Source: an uncultured Dysosmobacter sp. (GTDB lineage Bacteria; Bacillota; Clostridia; Oscillospirales; Oscillospiraceae). Taken from it: 48,188 bases of DNA. This document shows, piece after piece, positions 31,299-41,642 of the stretch. A program made the translations under genes and the position numbers. Under the pieces are notes generated by a model. It did no database searches and was not told the DNA's origin. It saw nothing but the letters and a program-made list of their open reading frames with translations. The DNA lies in the NCBI GenBank assembly GCA_963557435.1, contig CAUWEK010000001.1:1-48188 (forward strand). Reading direction: 5' to 3'. Position 1 is the first letter of the stretch. Each line of letters opens with the position of its first letter.

Positions 31299-32116
31299 CC
31301 AATACGCTCACCGCCGCCGAGCGGGTGGCCATTGCCCGCCATCCCCAGCGGCCCAACATCACCGACTTCATCGGCGCGCTGTTCACCGACTTTTTTGAGC
31401 AGCGGGGCGACCGCCTTGCCGGCGAGGACGCCGCCATTTTGGGCGGCGTGGCCCTCTACCACGGCCGGCCCGTCACCGTCATCGGCACCCGCAAGGGCAA
31501 GACCCTGGAGGAAAACCTCAAGTGCAACTTCGGCATGCCCGGTCCCGAGGGCTATCGCAAGGCCCTGCGGCTCATGCGCCAGGCGGAGAAGTTCCGCCGC
31601 CCCATCCTCACCTTCATCGATACCTCCGGCGCCTATCCCGGTCTGGAGGCCGAGGAACGGGGCCAGGGCGAGGCCATCGCCCGCAACCTCTTTGAGATGA
31701 GCCGGCTGGAGGTGCCCGTCATCGCCGTCATCACCGGCGAGGGCAACAGCGGCGGCGCATTGGCCCTGGGCGTTGCCAACCGGGTGCTCATGCTGGAAAA
31801 CGCCGTGTACGCCATCCTCTCCCCGGAGGGCTTCGCCTCCATTTTGTGGAAGGACTCCGCCCGCAGCGCCGAGGCCTGCGAGCTCATGAAGCTGACGGCG
31901 CCGGACCTTTTGTCCCTGGGCGTCATCGACGACATCGTGCCCGAGCCGGAGGGCGGCGCCCATCTGGCCAGTGCCATTGCCTTCCGACAGCTGGACCGGG
32001 CGCTCACCCGCCATCTGGCGGAGCTGGACAAGCTGGGCGGCAAGGCCCTTGCCGCCGAGCGCTATCAGAAATTCAGAAGCATGGGGGCCGCAGCTCCCAA
32101 CAAGGAGGAGCTATGA
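31295..32116 (+). CDS. accA: Acetyl-CoA carboxylase carboxyltransferase alpha
   Basis: [59 protein letters not shown]. Confidence 0.96.
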   Translation: MTNTLTAAERVAIARHPQRPNITDFIGALFTDFFEQRGDRLAGEDAAILGGVALYHGRPVTVIGTRKGKTLEENLKCNFGMPGPEGYRKALRLMRQAEKFRRPILTFIDTSGAYPGLEAEERGQGEAIARNLFEMSRLEVPVIAVITGEGNSGGALALGVANRVLMLENAVYAILSPEGFASILWKDSARSAEACELMKLTAPDLLSLGVIDDIVPEPEGGAHLASAIAFRQLDRALTRHLAELDKLGGKALAAERYQKFRSMGAAAPNKEEL

Positions 32117-33063
32117 ACGGAATCAAGATTCTGGGGACCGGCCGCGGCGTCCCCTCCAAGCTGGTCACCAACCAGGATATGGCCAAGATCGTGGAAACCA
32201 ACGACGAGTGGATCACCACCCGCACCGGCATCACCCACCGCCACCATCTGGCGGAGGGAGAGACCATCACCGACATGACCGTGCTGGCGGCCCGCCGGGC
32301 CCTGGAGAGCGCCGGCATCACCGCTGAACAGGTGGGCGTTTGCATCGTGGCCACTCTGACGCCGGACACCCTGGTGCCCTCCGCCGCCTGCGTGCTGCAG
32401 CGGGAGCTGGGACTGCCCCACGACACCGTGTGCTTCGACCTTAATGCGGCCTGCACCGGCTTTTTATACGCCCTGCACACCGTGGAATGCCTGCTCTGCG
32501 CCTCCGAGCGCAAGTTCGGTCTGGTGATCGGCGCGGAAAACCTCAGCCGCATCACCAACTGGTCCGACCGGGGCACCTGCATCCTCTTCGGCGACGGCGC
32601 CGGCGCCGTGGTGGTGGAGTCCCGGCCGGAGTGGCCCTCCATCTCCGCCATTCTGGGCTGCCACGGCACCGACCAGATGCTGCGGGTCCCCGGCGTGGAG
32701 AAGGGTGTGCCCAGCCTTATCTATATGGAGGGCACCAAGGTCTTCAAGTTCGCCGTGGAGGCCGTGCCCTACTGCATCGACCAGGTGCTCTCCAGGACCG
32801 GCAAGACCGTGGACGACGTGGACTTTTTCGTGTTCCACCAGGCCAATGCCCGGATCATCGATCTGGCCGTGCGGAAATACCACATTCCCCAGGAGAAATA
32901 CTATAAGAACATCTGCGAGTACGGCAACACCTCCGCCGCCAGCATCCCGCTGGTCATCAGCGAGTTGCACGAGATGGGCAAGGTGGGCCACGGTTCCCGG
33001 GTTCTGGTCGTGGGCTTCGGCGGCGGCCTGACCTGGGGCGGTGCCCTGGTGGAGTTTGCGTAA
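32113..33063 (+). CDS. fabH: Beta-ketoacyl-ACP synthase III
   Basis: WITTRTGI, AACTGF, FGDGAG, HQAN, GNTSAASIP, FGGGLTWG. Confidence 0.96.
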   Translation: MNGIKILGTGRGVPSKLVTNQDMAKIVETNDEWITTRTGITHRHHLAEGETITDMTVLAARRALESAGITAEQVGVCIVATLTPDTLVPSAACVLQRELGLPHDTVCFDLNAACTGFLYALHTVECLLCASERKFGLVIGAENLSRITNWSDRGTCILFGDGAGAVVVESRPEWPSISAILGCHGTDQMLRVPGVEKGVPSLIYMEGTKVFKFAVEAVPYCIDQVLSRTGKTVDDVDFFVFHQANARIIDLAVRKYHIPQEKYYKNICEYGNTSAASIPLVISELHEMGKVGHGSRVLVVGFGGGLTWGGALVEFA

Positions 33064-33075
33064 GAGGAGCAATAC

Positions 33076-34014
33076 ATGAAAAAGCTGAACGAAATCCTGG
33101 GGACGGAGTTCCCCATCATCCAGGGCGGCATGGCCAACATCGCCACCGGTGAGTTCGCCGCCGCCTGTTCCAATGCCGGTGCCCTGGGCATGATCGCCAC
33201 CGGCGCCTGGGACGGTGCGCGCCTGCGCCAGGAGATCCGCCGGGCCAAGGAGCTGACCGACAAGCCTTTCGGCGTGAACCTGATGCTCATGAACCCCTGC
33301 GCCGACGAGATCGCCCAGGTCATCATCGACGAGGGCGTCCAGGTAGTCACCACCGGCGCCGGCAACCCCGGTAAGTATGTCCCCGCCTGGAAAGAGCACG
33401 GCATCAAGGTGCTGCCCGTGGTGGCGGCCTCCGTGCTGGCAAAGCGCCTGGTGCGCCTGGGCGTGGACGCCGTCATCGCAGAGGGCACGGAGTCCGGCGG
33501 CCATGTGGGCGAGATGACCACCATGGCCCTGGTGCCCCAGGTCATCGACGCCGTGGACGTGCCCGTGGTGGCCGCCGGCGGCATTGCCGACGGACGTCAG
33601 GCGGCAGCGGCCTTCGCCCTGGGCGCCTGCGGCATCCAGGTGGGCACGTGCCTGCTGGCAAGCGTGGAGTGCCCCATCCACGAAAATTATAAGCAGGCCA
33701 TCCTCAAGGCCAAAGACTCTGACACCACCGTCACCGGCCGCTCCATCGGCGGCCCTGTGCGGGTGCTGAAAAACAAGATGGCCCGGGAATACCTGGCCCT
33801 GGAAAAGCGCGGCGCCTCTTTGGAGGAGCTGGAAGCCGTCACGCTGGGAGGCCTCCGCCGGGCCGTGCTGGAAGGTGACGTGGAGCACGGCAGCGTCATG
33901 AGCGGCCAGGTGGCCGGCATGCTCCACGAGATCCGTCCCCTGCGGCAGATCTTTGAAGAACTGTACTGCGGCGGACGCGCCGTGCTGGAGGCAACGGCGA
34001 AGGAATGGGCCTGA
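33076..34014 (+). CDS. fabK: Enoyl-ACP reductase FabK
   Basis: PIIQGGMA, TDKPFGVN, TGAGNP, EGTESGGHVG, AAGGIADG, MSGQVAG; located in the fab operon. Confidence 0.9.
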   Translation: MKKLNEILGTEFPIIQGGMANIATGEFAAACSNAGALGMIATGAWDGARLRQEIRRAKELTDKPFGVNLMLMNPCADEIAQVIIDEGVQVVTTGAGNPGKYVPAWKEHGIKVLPVVAASVLAKRLVRLGVDAVIAEGTESGGHVGEMTTMALVPQVIDAVDVPVVAAGGIADGRQAAAAFALGACGIQVGTCLLASVECPIHENYKQAILKAKDSDTTVTGRSIGGPVRVLKNKMAREYLALEKRGASLEELEAVTLGGLRRAVLEGDVEHGSVMSGQVAGMLHEIRPLRQIFEELYCGGRAVLEATAKEWA

Positions 34015-35093
34015 CGATCCGGGGCAAGCACCTGCCCCTCCCCATTTTGCAGGGCGGCATGGGTGTGGGCGTGAGCCTGGACCGCCTGGCCGGTGCCGTG
34101 GCTGCCTGCGGCGGCATGGGCACCATCTCCACTGCCGTGTGCGGCTTTGATGAGCCGGACTTCGCCGCCGATCCCCGGGGCGCCAACCTGCGCTCCCTGG
34201 CCGCCCAGGTGCGCCGGGCCAAGGAAGCGGCCCATGGGGCGGGACTGGTGGCCATCAACGCCATGGTGGCCACCACCCAATACGCCGAAAGCGTCCGCAC
34301 CGCCCTGCGCGCCGGCGTGGACGCGGTGGTCTGCGGTGCGGGACTGCCCCGGGACCTGCCTGCCATCGCAGCGGAGGTCCCCGAAAGCGACGCCGCCCTG
34401 GCCCCGGTGGTCAGCGGCGGACGGGCGGCGGGCCTCATTTGCCGCCTGTGGGATAAGCACCATCACCGCATCCCCGATTTCATCGTGCTGGAGGGTCCTC
34501 TGGCCGGCGGCCACTTGGGCTTTTCCAAGGAAGAAGCCCGGGAGGCCCAGGCGGGGCGTCCCAAGCCCCTCTCCGACCTTCTGCGTGAGGTACTGGAGGC
34601 CATCGCCCCCTACCGGGACAAGTACGGCCGGGATATCCCCGTGTTCGTGGCCGGCGGCATTTCTGACGGCGCGGAGATGGCCCGCTACATGAAAGAGGGT
34701 GCCGCCGGCGCCCAGTTCGCCACCCGCTTCATCGCCACAGAGGAGTGCGACGCCGCCCCGGCCTACAAGCAGCGCCTGCTGGACGCCCGGGACGAGGACA
34801 TCGCCATCGTGCAAAGCCCCGTGGGCCTGCCGGGCCGCGCCCTGCGCTCTCCCCTCATCCAGCGGGTGGAGGCGGGCACGCAGCCGCCGGTGGAGCGGTG
34901 CATGAAGTGCCTTTCCGCCTGCGACTATAAAACCGCTCCCTACTGCATCTCCCGGGCGCTCATCGCCGCCGTGCGGGGCGACTGGGAAAACGGGCTCTTT
35001 TTCTGCGGCGCCGGTGCCGGGAAGGTCAACCGCCTTTCCACCGTCCGGGCCCAGATGGAGCAGATCATGAACGAATGGAGGGCCGCGCAATGA
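34005..35093 (+). CDS. Nitronate-monooxygenase/FabK-family flavoprotein with C-terminal Cys cluster (FabX-like)
   Basis: QGGMGVGVS, GAGLP, EGPLAGGHLG, SPVGLPGRA, CMKCLSAC-x7-C. Confidence 0.85.
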   Translation: MGLTIRGKHLPLPILQGGMGVGVSLDRLAGAVAACGGMGTISTAVCGFDEPDFAADPRGANLRSLAAQVRRAKEAAHGAGLVAINAMVATTQYAESVRTALRAGVDAVVCGAGLPRDLPAIAAEVPESDAALAPVVSGGRAAGLICRLWDKHHHRIPDFIVLEGPLAGGHLGFSKEEAREAQAGRPKPLSDLLREVLEAIAPYRDKYGRDIPVFVAGGISDGAEMARYMKEGAAGAQFATRFIATEECDAAPAYKQRLLDARDEDIAIVQSPVGLPGRALRSPLIQRVEAGTQPPVERCMKCLSACDYKTAPYCISRALIAAVRGDWENGLFFCGAGAGKVNRLSTVRAQMEQIMNEWRAAQ

Positions 35094-36019
35094 AGCTTGG
35101 CTTTTTATACGCCGGACAGGGCAGCCAGCACCCGGGCATGGGTGCCGACCTGTACCGGACCTTTGACGCCTTCCGCGCCGTACTGGACAGCGCGGAGGTG
35201 GACTTTGATTTGAAGAAGGTGTCCTTTGAGGACCCCGACGGCATTTTAAATGAGACCCGCTACACCCAGCCGTGCATGGTGGCGTTTGCCGCGGGCCTTA
35301 CCGCTGTGCTGCGCCAGGAGGGCATCGAACCCGCCGTGGCCGCCGGTCTTTCCCTGGGCGAGTACTCCGCTCTCCACGCCGCCGGCGTGTTCGACGCCGC
35401 CACGGCGGTAAAGCTGGTGGCCTTCCGCGGCCGGGCCATGGAGGAGGCGGCCGCCGGGCGTGAGAGCGCCATGATGGCCGTGCTGAACCTGGACCGTGCG
35501 CCCTTGCAGGCATGCTGCGACGAGGCCAGCGATCTTGGCTGCGTGGTCATCGCCAACTACAACTGTCCCGGCCAGCTGGTCATCGGCGGAGAAAAAGCCG
35601 CCGTGGAGAAGGCCGCCGCCCTGGCCAAGGAAAAGGGCGCCCGCCGGTGCCTGCCTCTGAAGGTCAGCGGCCCCTTCCACACGCCCCTCATGGCCCCCGC
35701 CGGCGACGCGCTGCGCAATTATTTCCAGGGCGTGGACTTCGCCCAGCCCCGGATCCCCGTGATCTTCAACTGCCTGGGCGACGTGAAGGACGAGTCCGTC
35801 ACCATCCAGGACCTGCTGGTGCGTCAGGTGCAAAGCAGCGTCTTTATGGAGGACTCCATCCGCAAGATGGCCGCCATGGGCGTGGACGGCATTGTGGAGA
35901 TCGGCCCGGGCAAGGCCCTGGCCGGGTTTGTGAAGAAAACCGTGCCGGAGATGCCCGTTCTCAGCGTGGAGACCGTGGAGGACGTGGAGAAGCTCAAGGC
36001 CTGGATCAAGGAGAGATAA
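35090..36019 (+). CDS. fabD: Malonyl-CoA:ACP transacylase
   Basis: GQGSQ..GMG, TQP, GLSLGEY, N.PGQ, VSGPFHT, EIGPG. Confidence 0.96.
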   Translation: MKLGFLYAGQGSQHPGMGADLYRTFDAFRAVLDSAEVDFDLKKVSFEDPDGILNETRYTQPCMVAFAAGLTAVLRQEGIEPAVAAGLSLGEYSALHAAGVFDAATAVKLVAFRGRAMEEAAAGRESAMMAVLNLDRAPLQACCDEASDLGCVVIANYNCPGQLVIGGEKAAVEKAAALAKEKGARRCLPLKVSGPFHTPLMAPAGDALRNYFQGVDFAQPRIPVIFNCLGDVKDESVTIQDLLVRQVQSSVFMEDSIRKMAAMGVDGIVEIGPGKALAGFVKKTVPEMPVLSVETVEDVEKLKAWIKER

Positions 36020-36020
36020 T

Positions 36021-36764
36021 ATGAACTTTACAGGAAAGACTGCCGTGGTCACCGGCGGAAGCCGGGGCATCGGCAAGGCCGTGTGCCTGGAGCTGGCCCG
36101 CGGCGGCGCCAACGTGGTGCTGTGCTACGCGGGCAACGCCGCCTCCGCCGCCGAGACCGTGGCGGAGTGCGAGGCCCTGGGCGCCAAGGCCCTGGCCGTT
36201 CAGTGCAACGTAGCCAACGCCGAGGAGGTCAAGGCCCTGGTGGATACCGCTATCTCCACCTTCGGCGCCGTGCACATTCTGGTCAACAACGCGGGCATCA
36301 CCCGGGACGGTCTGCTCATGACCATGAAGGATGCGGACTTCGACGCGGTGGTGGACACCAATCTCAAAGGCGCGTTCTACTGCATGCGGGCGGTGGCCCG
36401 GCCCATGATGCGCCAGCGCTACGGCCGCATCGTCAACCTCTCCAGCGTGGTGGGCCTGCGTGGCAACGCCGGCCAGATCAACTACGCCGCCAGCAAGGCC
36501 GGCGTCATCGGCATGACCAAGTCCATGGCCAAGGAGCTGGCCACCCGGGGCGTCACCGTCAACGCCGTGGCCCCCGGCTTCATCGAGACCGATATGACCG
36601 CCGCCATGACCGACGCGGCCAAGACCGCCACCCTGGCCTCCATCCCCATGGGCCGGCTGGGCGCGGCGGAGGACGTGGCCCAGGCCATCGCCTTCCTGGC
36701 AAGCGACGAGGCATGCTACATCACCGGCCAGGTGCTGGCGGTGGACGGCGGCATGGCCATGTAA
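36021..36764 (+). CDS. fabG: 3-oxoacyl-ACP reductase
   Basis: TGGSRGIG, NNAGITRD, YAASK, PGFIETDMT. Confidence 0.96.
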   Translation: MNFTGKTAVVTGGSRGIGKAVCLELARGGANVVLCYAGNAASAAETVAECEALGAKALAVQCNVANAEEVKALVDTAISTFGAVHILVNNAGITRDGLLMTMKDADFDAVVDTNLKGAFYCMRAVARPMMRQRYGRIVNLSSVVGLRGNAGQINYAASKAGVIGMTKSMAKELATRGVTVNAVAPGFIETDMTAAMTDAAKTATLASIPMGRLGAAEDVAQAIAFLASDEACYITGQVLAVDGGMAM

Positions 36765-36851
36765 AAATACCGCGGGGCATTCTCCCCCGGCGCTCCGTTC
36801 CCCCTGAAGGCACGGAGCCGCTTTGAATTGAACGAATTTGGAGGTTACAAT

Positions 36852-38093
36852 ATGGATCGACGCAGAGTCGTCATCACCGGCCTGGGGGCTGTCACCCCCG
36901 TGGGCCTTACCGCGCCGGAGAGCTGGCAGGCCGTCAAAGACGGCGTGTGCGGCGTGGCGCCCATCACCCAGTTTGATACGGAGGGCATGAAGGTGTCCCT
37001 GGCCGCCGAGGTCAAGGGCTTTGTGCCGGAGGACCACCTGGGCAAGCCCGAGGCCAAGCGCATGGGCCGCTTCACCCAGTTTGCCGTGGTGTGCGCCCGG
37101 GAGGCCATGGCTGACAGCGGCCTTGTGACCGAGGACGAGGATCTGGACCGCTGCGGTGTCATCATCTCCAGCGGCATCGGCGGCCTCTCCATCACGGAGG
37201 CCGAGCACGACCGGGGCCTTGCCCGGGGCTGGGACCGGGTGTCTCCTTTCTATATCCCCACCGCCATTTCCAATATGGCGGCAGGCCAGGTGGCCATTGA
37301 CACGGGCTTTCGGGGCATGTGCACCTGCCCGGTGACCGCCTGCGCCGGCGGCACCAACGCCGTGGGCGACGCGTTCCACTATGTGCGCGACGGCTACGCC
37401 GACGTGATGCTCTGCGGCGGCACGGAGGCGGCGGTGACCCCCCTGGCCATCGGCGGCTTCACCTCCATGAAGGCTCTGAGCCAAGCCACCGATCCCGCCC
37501 GTGCCTCCATCCCCTTTGACGCTGAGCGCAGCGGCTTCGTGCTGGGCGAGGGCGCCGGTGTGCTGGTGCTGGAGGAGCTGGAGCACGCCCGCAAGCGAGG
37601 CGCGCATATCTACGCCGAGATCGTGGGCTACGGCGTCACCTGTGATGCCTATCACATGACCGCTCCCCGTCCCGACGGTTCCGGCGGTGCCAAGGCCATG
37701 GCCATGGCCATCGCCGACGCGGGCATCGAGGCGGAGGAAGTGGGCTATATCAATGCCCACGGCACCTCCACCCACCTCAACGACGCCGGTGAAACCGCCG
37801 CCGTCAAGACCGTGTTCGGCGACCACGCCCACAAGCTCGCCATGAGCTCCACCAAGTCCATGACCGGCCACATGCTGGGCGCCGCAGGCGCTGTGGAGGC
37901 CATTTTCACCGCTCTGACGCTGAAGGACGGCTATCTGCCCGCCACCATCCACTACGCCGTGCCCGATCCCGAGTGCGATCTGGACGTGGTGCCCAACGTG
38001 GGACGCAGCGCCGACGTGCGCTACGCCCTGTCCAACTCCCTGGGCTTCGGCGGCCACAACGGCAGCATCCTGCTGAAGAAATGGGAGGCGTAA
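36852..38093 (+). CDS. fabF: Beta-ketoacyl-ACP synthase II
   Basis: RRVVITGLG, TACA, GEGAG, NAHGTST, KSMTGH.LGAAG, GFGGHN. Confidence 0.96.
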   Translation: MDRRRVVITGLGAVTPVGLTAPESWQAVKDGVCGVAPITQFDTEGMKVSLAAEVKGFVPEDHLGKPEAKRMGRFTQFAVVCAREAMADSGLVTEDEDLDRCGVIISSGIGGLSITEAEHDRGLARGWDRVSPFYIPTAISNMAAGQVAIDTGFRGMCTCPVTACAGGTNAVGDAFHYVRDGYADVMLCGGTEAAVTPLAIGGFTSMKALSQATDPARASIPFDAERSGFVLGEGAGVLVLEELEHARKRGAHIYAEIVGYGVTCDAYHMTAPRPDGSGGAKAMAMAIADAGIEAEEVGYINAHGTSTHLNDAGETAAVKTVFGDHAHKLAMSSTKSMTGHMLGAAGAVEAIFTALTLKDGYLPATIHYAVPDPECDLDVVPNVGRSADVRYALSNSLGFGGHNGSILLKKWEA

Positions 38094-38095
38094 CC

Positions 38096-38533
38096 ATGGG
38101 ACTCAAGCTCAACTCCAATGAGATCGCCCAGATCCTGCCCCACCGCTATCCCTTCGCCCTGGTGGACCGGATCATCGACGGCGAGCCGGGTCAGTGGGCC
38201 AAGGGCATCAAGTGCGTCAGCGTGGGCGAGCCTGTGTTCTGCGGTCACTTCCCCCAGGAGCATGTCATGCCCGGCGTGCTGCTGATCGAGGCCATGGCCC
38301 AGGTGGGCGCGGTGGCCATTTTGTCCCTGCCTGAGTACCAGGGCAAGACCGCCTACTTCGGCGGCATCAAAAACGCCCGCTTCAAGTCCAAGGTCACCCC
38401 CGGCGACGTGGTGGAGCTGGAATGCGTCCTCACCAAGCGGCGGGGCCCCGTGGGCGTGGGCGAGGCCAAGGCCACGGTGGACGGTAAGGTGGTCGCCACC
38501 GCGGAGCTGACCTTTGCCATTGGTGCAAACTGA
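38096..38533 (+). CDS. fabZ: 3-hydroxyacyl-ACP dehydratase
   Basis: LPHRYPFALVD, GHFP...MPGVLLIEAMAQ, V.PGD. Confidence 0.95.
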   Translation: MGLKLNSNEIAQILPHRYPFALVDRIIDGEPGQWAKGIKCVSVGEPVFCGHFPQEHVMPGVLLIEAMAQVGAVAILSLPEYQGKTAYFGGIKNARFKSKVTPGDVVELECVLTKRRGPVGVGEAKATVDGKVVATAELTFAIGAN

Positions 38534-38607
38534 CGGTTGCGGATTTCCCGCAGGATTGCTATACTGTGGAAAAAAGAAAAATTTGCGGGAAAGTGAGCGC
38601 ACGTGCT

Positions 38608-39069
38608 ATGCTGGAACAGGCTTTCTTTAACGTGTATACAAAATTCAAACTCCATTTTTATCAGGAGATCTTTCGCCGCTTCCAGGACCGTGAGGCAAGC
38701 CTGACCACCGTGGAGACCTTCTGCATGGAGACCATCCAGGCACTGGGCACTCCCACGGTCAACGAATTTGCCACTTTCATGCGGATCTCCCCGCCCAACG
38801 CCGCCTATAAAGTCAACAGTCTGGTGAAAAAGGGCTACATCCGCAAGGTGCAGTCCCACGAGGACAAGCGGGAATATCACCTGGAGGTCACCCAGAAATA
38901 TATCGATTACTACAATATCTCCACCTCCTATATGGTGGAGGTCATGCACCGTATCGCCGATCGCTTTACGCCGGAGGAGTGCGCCAAGCTGGAGGAGATG
39001 CTCACCGTTGTCAGCCGGGAGCTGATGCCGGAGGTGGATATCCCCGAGGCGCGGATGCCGGGCAACTGA
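38608..39069 (+). CDS. MarR-family regulator (candidate fab operon regulator)
   Basis: ISPPNAAYKVNSLVKKGYIRK.QS.EDKREYHL winged helix; own promoter TTGCGG-17-TATACT with extended TG (38537-38565). Confidence 0.85.
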   Translation: MLEQAFFNVYTKFKLHFYQEIFRRFQDREASLTTVETFCMETIQALGTPTVNEFATFMRISPPNAAYKVNSLVKKGYIRKVQSHEDKREYHLEVTQKYIDYYNISTSYMVEVMHRIADRFTPEECAKLEEMLTVVSRELMPEVDIPEARMPGN

Positions 39070-39099
39070 CACCCTATCTGTTTTTAGTACAATCAGTAC

Positions 39100-39137
39100 A
39101 AAAAGAGGCCGCAGGCAATGCCTGCGGCCTCTTTTTT
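39100..39137. terminator. Bidirectional terminator
   Basis: AAAAAGAGGCCGCAGGCA-A-TGCCTGCGGCCTCTTTTTT. Confidence 0.85.
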
Positions 39138-39149
39138 CATGTGTGTTTT

Positions 39150-40091
39150 TCAGTCAAACAGTCCTTCGGGAATGGAGATGTCTTCCCGTGGAACCCTGTC
39201 CCAGTCGAATTCCGCCAGCAGTTCCCCGGCGGACGCCGCAGCGGCGGAGGGGTGAAATCCGCCCAGATAGGCCAGCTTGCCCAGAATCTCCTCGGGACTC
39301 AGCCGGGTCATGAGGGTCTCCAACCCCGCATCCGCGTCCCGTTTGCTGAGACGGCGGCCATCGTGGCTCAGCAACAGCGGAAAGTGGCAGAACCGGGGGG
39401 CGGGCAGGTCCAGCAGCCGGTAGAGCAGCAGCTGCCGGGGGGTGGAATCCAGCAGATCAGACCCACGCACCACCTCCGTCACGCCCATGGCCGCGTCATC
39501 CACCACCACGGCCAGCTGGTAGGCGAACATGCCGTCGGACCGGCGCAGGAGAAAGTCCCCGCAGTCTTGAGCCAGGTTCTCCGCATAGGGCCCCATGTGC
39601 CGGTCCGTAAAGGTGAGCGTTTCATCCGGCACCCGCAGCCGCAGGGCCGGAGCGCGGACCCTGGCCCGCTCCGCCGCCTGCTCCGCCGTAAGATGCCGGC
39701 AGGTGCCCGGGTAGATGACCTGCCCGTCGCTCCGGTGGGGCGCACTGGCGGCGTGGAGCTCCGCCCGGGTGCAAAAGCAGGGGTACACCAGCCCCATGCC
39801 CTCCAGCTTTTGAAGTGCCGCACGATAAAGCTCCGTCCGCTCACTCTGAAAATAGGGGCCATGGCCGCCGTCGGCGCCGGGCCCTTCGTCCCAGGTGAGT
39901 CCCAGCCAGCGAAGATCCTCCATGGCCTGGAGGGCATACCGCCGGGGACAGCGGGCCGTGTCCAGATCCTCGATCCGCAGCACCACCCGCCCCTCCCGCT
40001 GCCGGGCACTGAGCCAGGCCAGAAGACAGCAAAAAAGATTGCCCAGATGCAGCCGCCCGCTGGGAGAGGGGGCAAACCGTCCCACCACCAT
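39150..40091 (-). CDS. gluQ: Glutamyl-Q tRNA(Asp) synthetase
   Basis: GRFAPSPSG.LHLGN, RIEDLD, YPCFCTR...YPGTC, AYQLAVVVDD, VRGSDL, RLSKR; no anticodon-binding domain. Confidence 0.93.
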   Translation of the reverse strand: MVVGRFAPSPSGRLHLGNLFCCLLAWLSARQREGRVVLRIEDLDTARCPRRYALQAMEDLRWLGLTWDEGPGADGGHGPYFQSERTELYRAALQKLEGMGLVYPCFCTRAELHAASAPHRSDGQVIYPGTCRHLTAEQAAERARVRAPALRLRVPDETLTFTDRHMGPYAENLAQDCGDFLLRRSDGMFAYQLAVVVDDAAMGVTEVVRGSDLLDSTPRQLLLYRLLDLPAPRFCHFPLLLSHDGRRLSKRDADAGLETLMTRLSPEEILGKLAYLGGFHPSAAAASAGELLAEFDWDRVPREDISIPEGLFD

Positions 40092-40135
40092 ATGCGTTCC
40101 TCCTTCCGCAAAAGGAAGCGGGCTGCCCCGCTTCC

Positions 40136-41515
40136 TCAGATATTGATCTTCTCCTTGTTCACGGCCCGGAACAGTGTCATCAGCAGGATCTTCACGTCAA
40201 ACAGGATGTTCCAGTTTTCAATGTAGTAGAGGTCGTGCTCGATCCGCTCCCGAATAGAGGTATCGCCCCGCAGCCCGTTCACCTGGGCCCAGCCGGTAAT
40301 GCCGGGACGCACCTGGTGCTTGACCATATAGCGGGGGATCTCCTCTTTGAACTGCTCCACAAAGTGGGGAACCTCCGGCCGGGGGCCCACCAGGCTCATG
40401 TCTCCTTTGAGCACGTTGAAAAACTGGGGCAGCTCATCGATGGAAAACTTGCGGATAAAGGAGCCGAAAGCCGTCTTGCGGGGGTCCACATCCCGGCTCC
40501 AGCCGGTCTGCTCCTTGGCGTTGACCCGCATGGAGCGGAATTTATACATGTAGAATTCTTTTTTGTTCTTTCCCACCCGTACCTGGCGGAAAATGATGGG
40601 GCCCGGAGACGAGAGCTTCACGCCCACGGCAGCCAGGAGCATCAGCGGCGAGGTCAGCACAATGAGTACGGACGCTCCCACAATGTCAAAAGCACGCTTC
40701 AAAAATGCGTTGCCCAGATTCTCCAGGGGGATACGCCTGAGGTTGATCATGGGCAGACCGTCGATGTTGTCCACCTGCGGATTGGAGGGGATGTAGGCCG
40801 CATAGAACGGAATGACAGAGGCCTTGGTTCCGGTTTTTTCACAGGCGGCGATGATCCGGGGCAGCCATGCCTCGTCGGCCGCCCGGACCGCCACCACCAC
40901 CTCGTCAGGCACCAGAGAATCCAGCACCTGCTCCAGTTGGTCGTAGCGTCCAAGATTGGCCAGAGCCTTCCAGGTCAGGCTGTCGGACACATAGCCGTCC
41001 ACCTGGAACCCCAGGTTGCGGTCCATGGTCACCCGTTTCAAATAGGTCTCCGCCATAGGGCCGTCTCCCACCAGCACCACGTGCTTTTGGTTGTAGCCCA
41101 TGCGCCGGTACCGCCGCAGCAGGATGCGCATGGCCGCCCGCTTGCTCAAAAGCAGGAAAGAGCTGACCAGGAAGAAGAACACCAGCGTCCAGCGGGACAT
41201 GTGCTCCAGGCGGAACACGAACAGCACGCTGGTCAGGGCCATGGTATCCAGGGCGTTGGCGCTCAGAAAACGAGCAGCCTCCCGGTGGAAGCGGATGGTC
41301 CGGTAGGAGCTGTACAGTCCCGCCATGCCATAGGAAATGAGGCACAGCACCACCGCCAGCAAGCCCAGATACACATAATAGGCAAATGGGACGCCCTCGA
41401 TGCCGGAGAATACATAAAAGCGGATGAAATAGGCGATCATCATGGAGATAAACACCAGCACACCGTCTGAAATGACGTGCAGCTGATTGAGCAGATGCTG
41501 ATTTTCCTTGATCAT
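40136..41515 (-). CDS. Undecaprenyl-phosphate hexose phosphotransferase (WcaJ/CpsE-like)
   Basis: N-terminal TM helices; KRAFD, KFRSM, DPR, SIDELPQFFNVLKGDMSLVGPRP, PGITGWAQ. Confidence 0.93.
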   Translation of the reverse strand: MIKENQHLLNQLHVISDGVLVFISMMIAYFIRFYVFSGIEGVPFAYYVYLGLLAVVLCLISYGMAGLYSSYRTIRFHREAARFLSANALDTMALTSVLFVFRLEHMSRWTLVFFFLVSSFLLLSKRAAMRILLRRYRRMGYNQKHVVLVGDGPMAETYLKRVTMDRNLGFQVDGYVSDSLTWKALANLGRYDQLEQVLDSLVPDEVVVAVRAADEAWLPRIIAACEKTGTKASVIPFYAAYIPSNPQVDNIDGLPMINLRRIPLENLGNAFLKRAFDIVGASVLIVLTSPLMLLAAVGVKLSSPGPIIFRQVRVGKNKKEFYMYKFRSMRVNAKEQTGWSRDVDPRKTAFGSFIRKFSIDELPQFFNVLKGDMSLVGPRPEVPHFVEQFKEEIPRYMVKHQVRPGITGWAQVNGLRGDTSIRERIEHDLYYIENWNILFDVKILLMTLFRAVNKEKINI

Positions 41516-41550
41516 GTCACCAATCCTCCGCGGTGTCGAACTTTGACCCT

Positions 41551-41613
41551 ATTGTACCGATTCCGTCCGCCGCTGTCAATTTCCTTGCAATGACACTTTC
41601 TTCCCCCTATAAT
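41551..41613. promoter_or_regulatory. Back-to-back divergent SigA promoters
   Basis: Minus strand TTGACA-17-TACAAT (41579-41551); plus strand TTGCAA-17-TATAAT (41585-41613). Confidence 0.75.
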
Positions 41614-41642
41614 AAATACATCCTGTTTCGGGAGGTACTGCC

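Noticed and set aside
39150-40091. Truncated gltX pseudogene
   Set aside because: Length, intact motifs and absent anticodon domain are normal for GluQ
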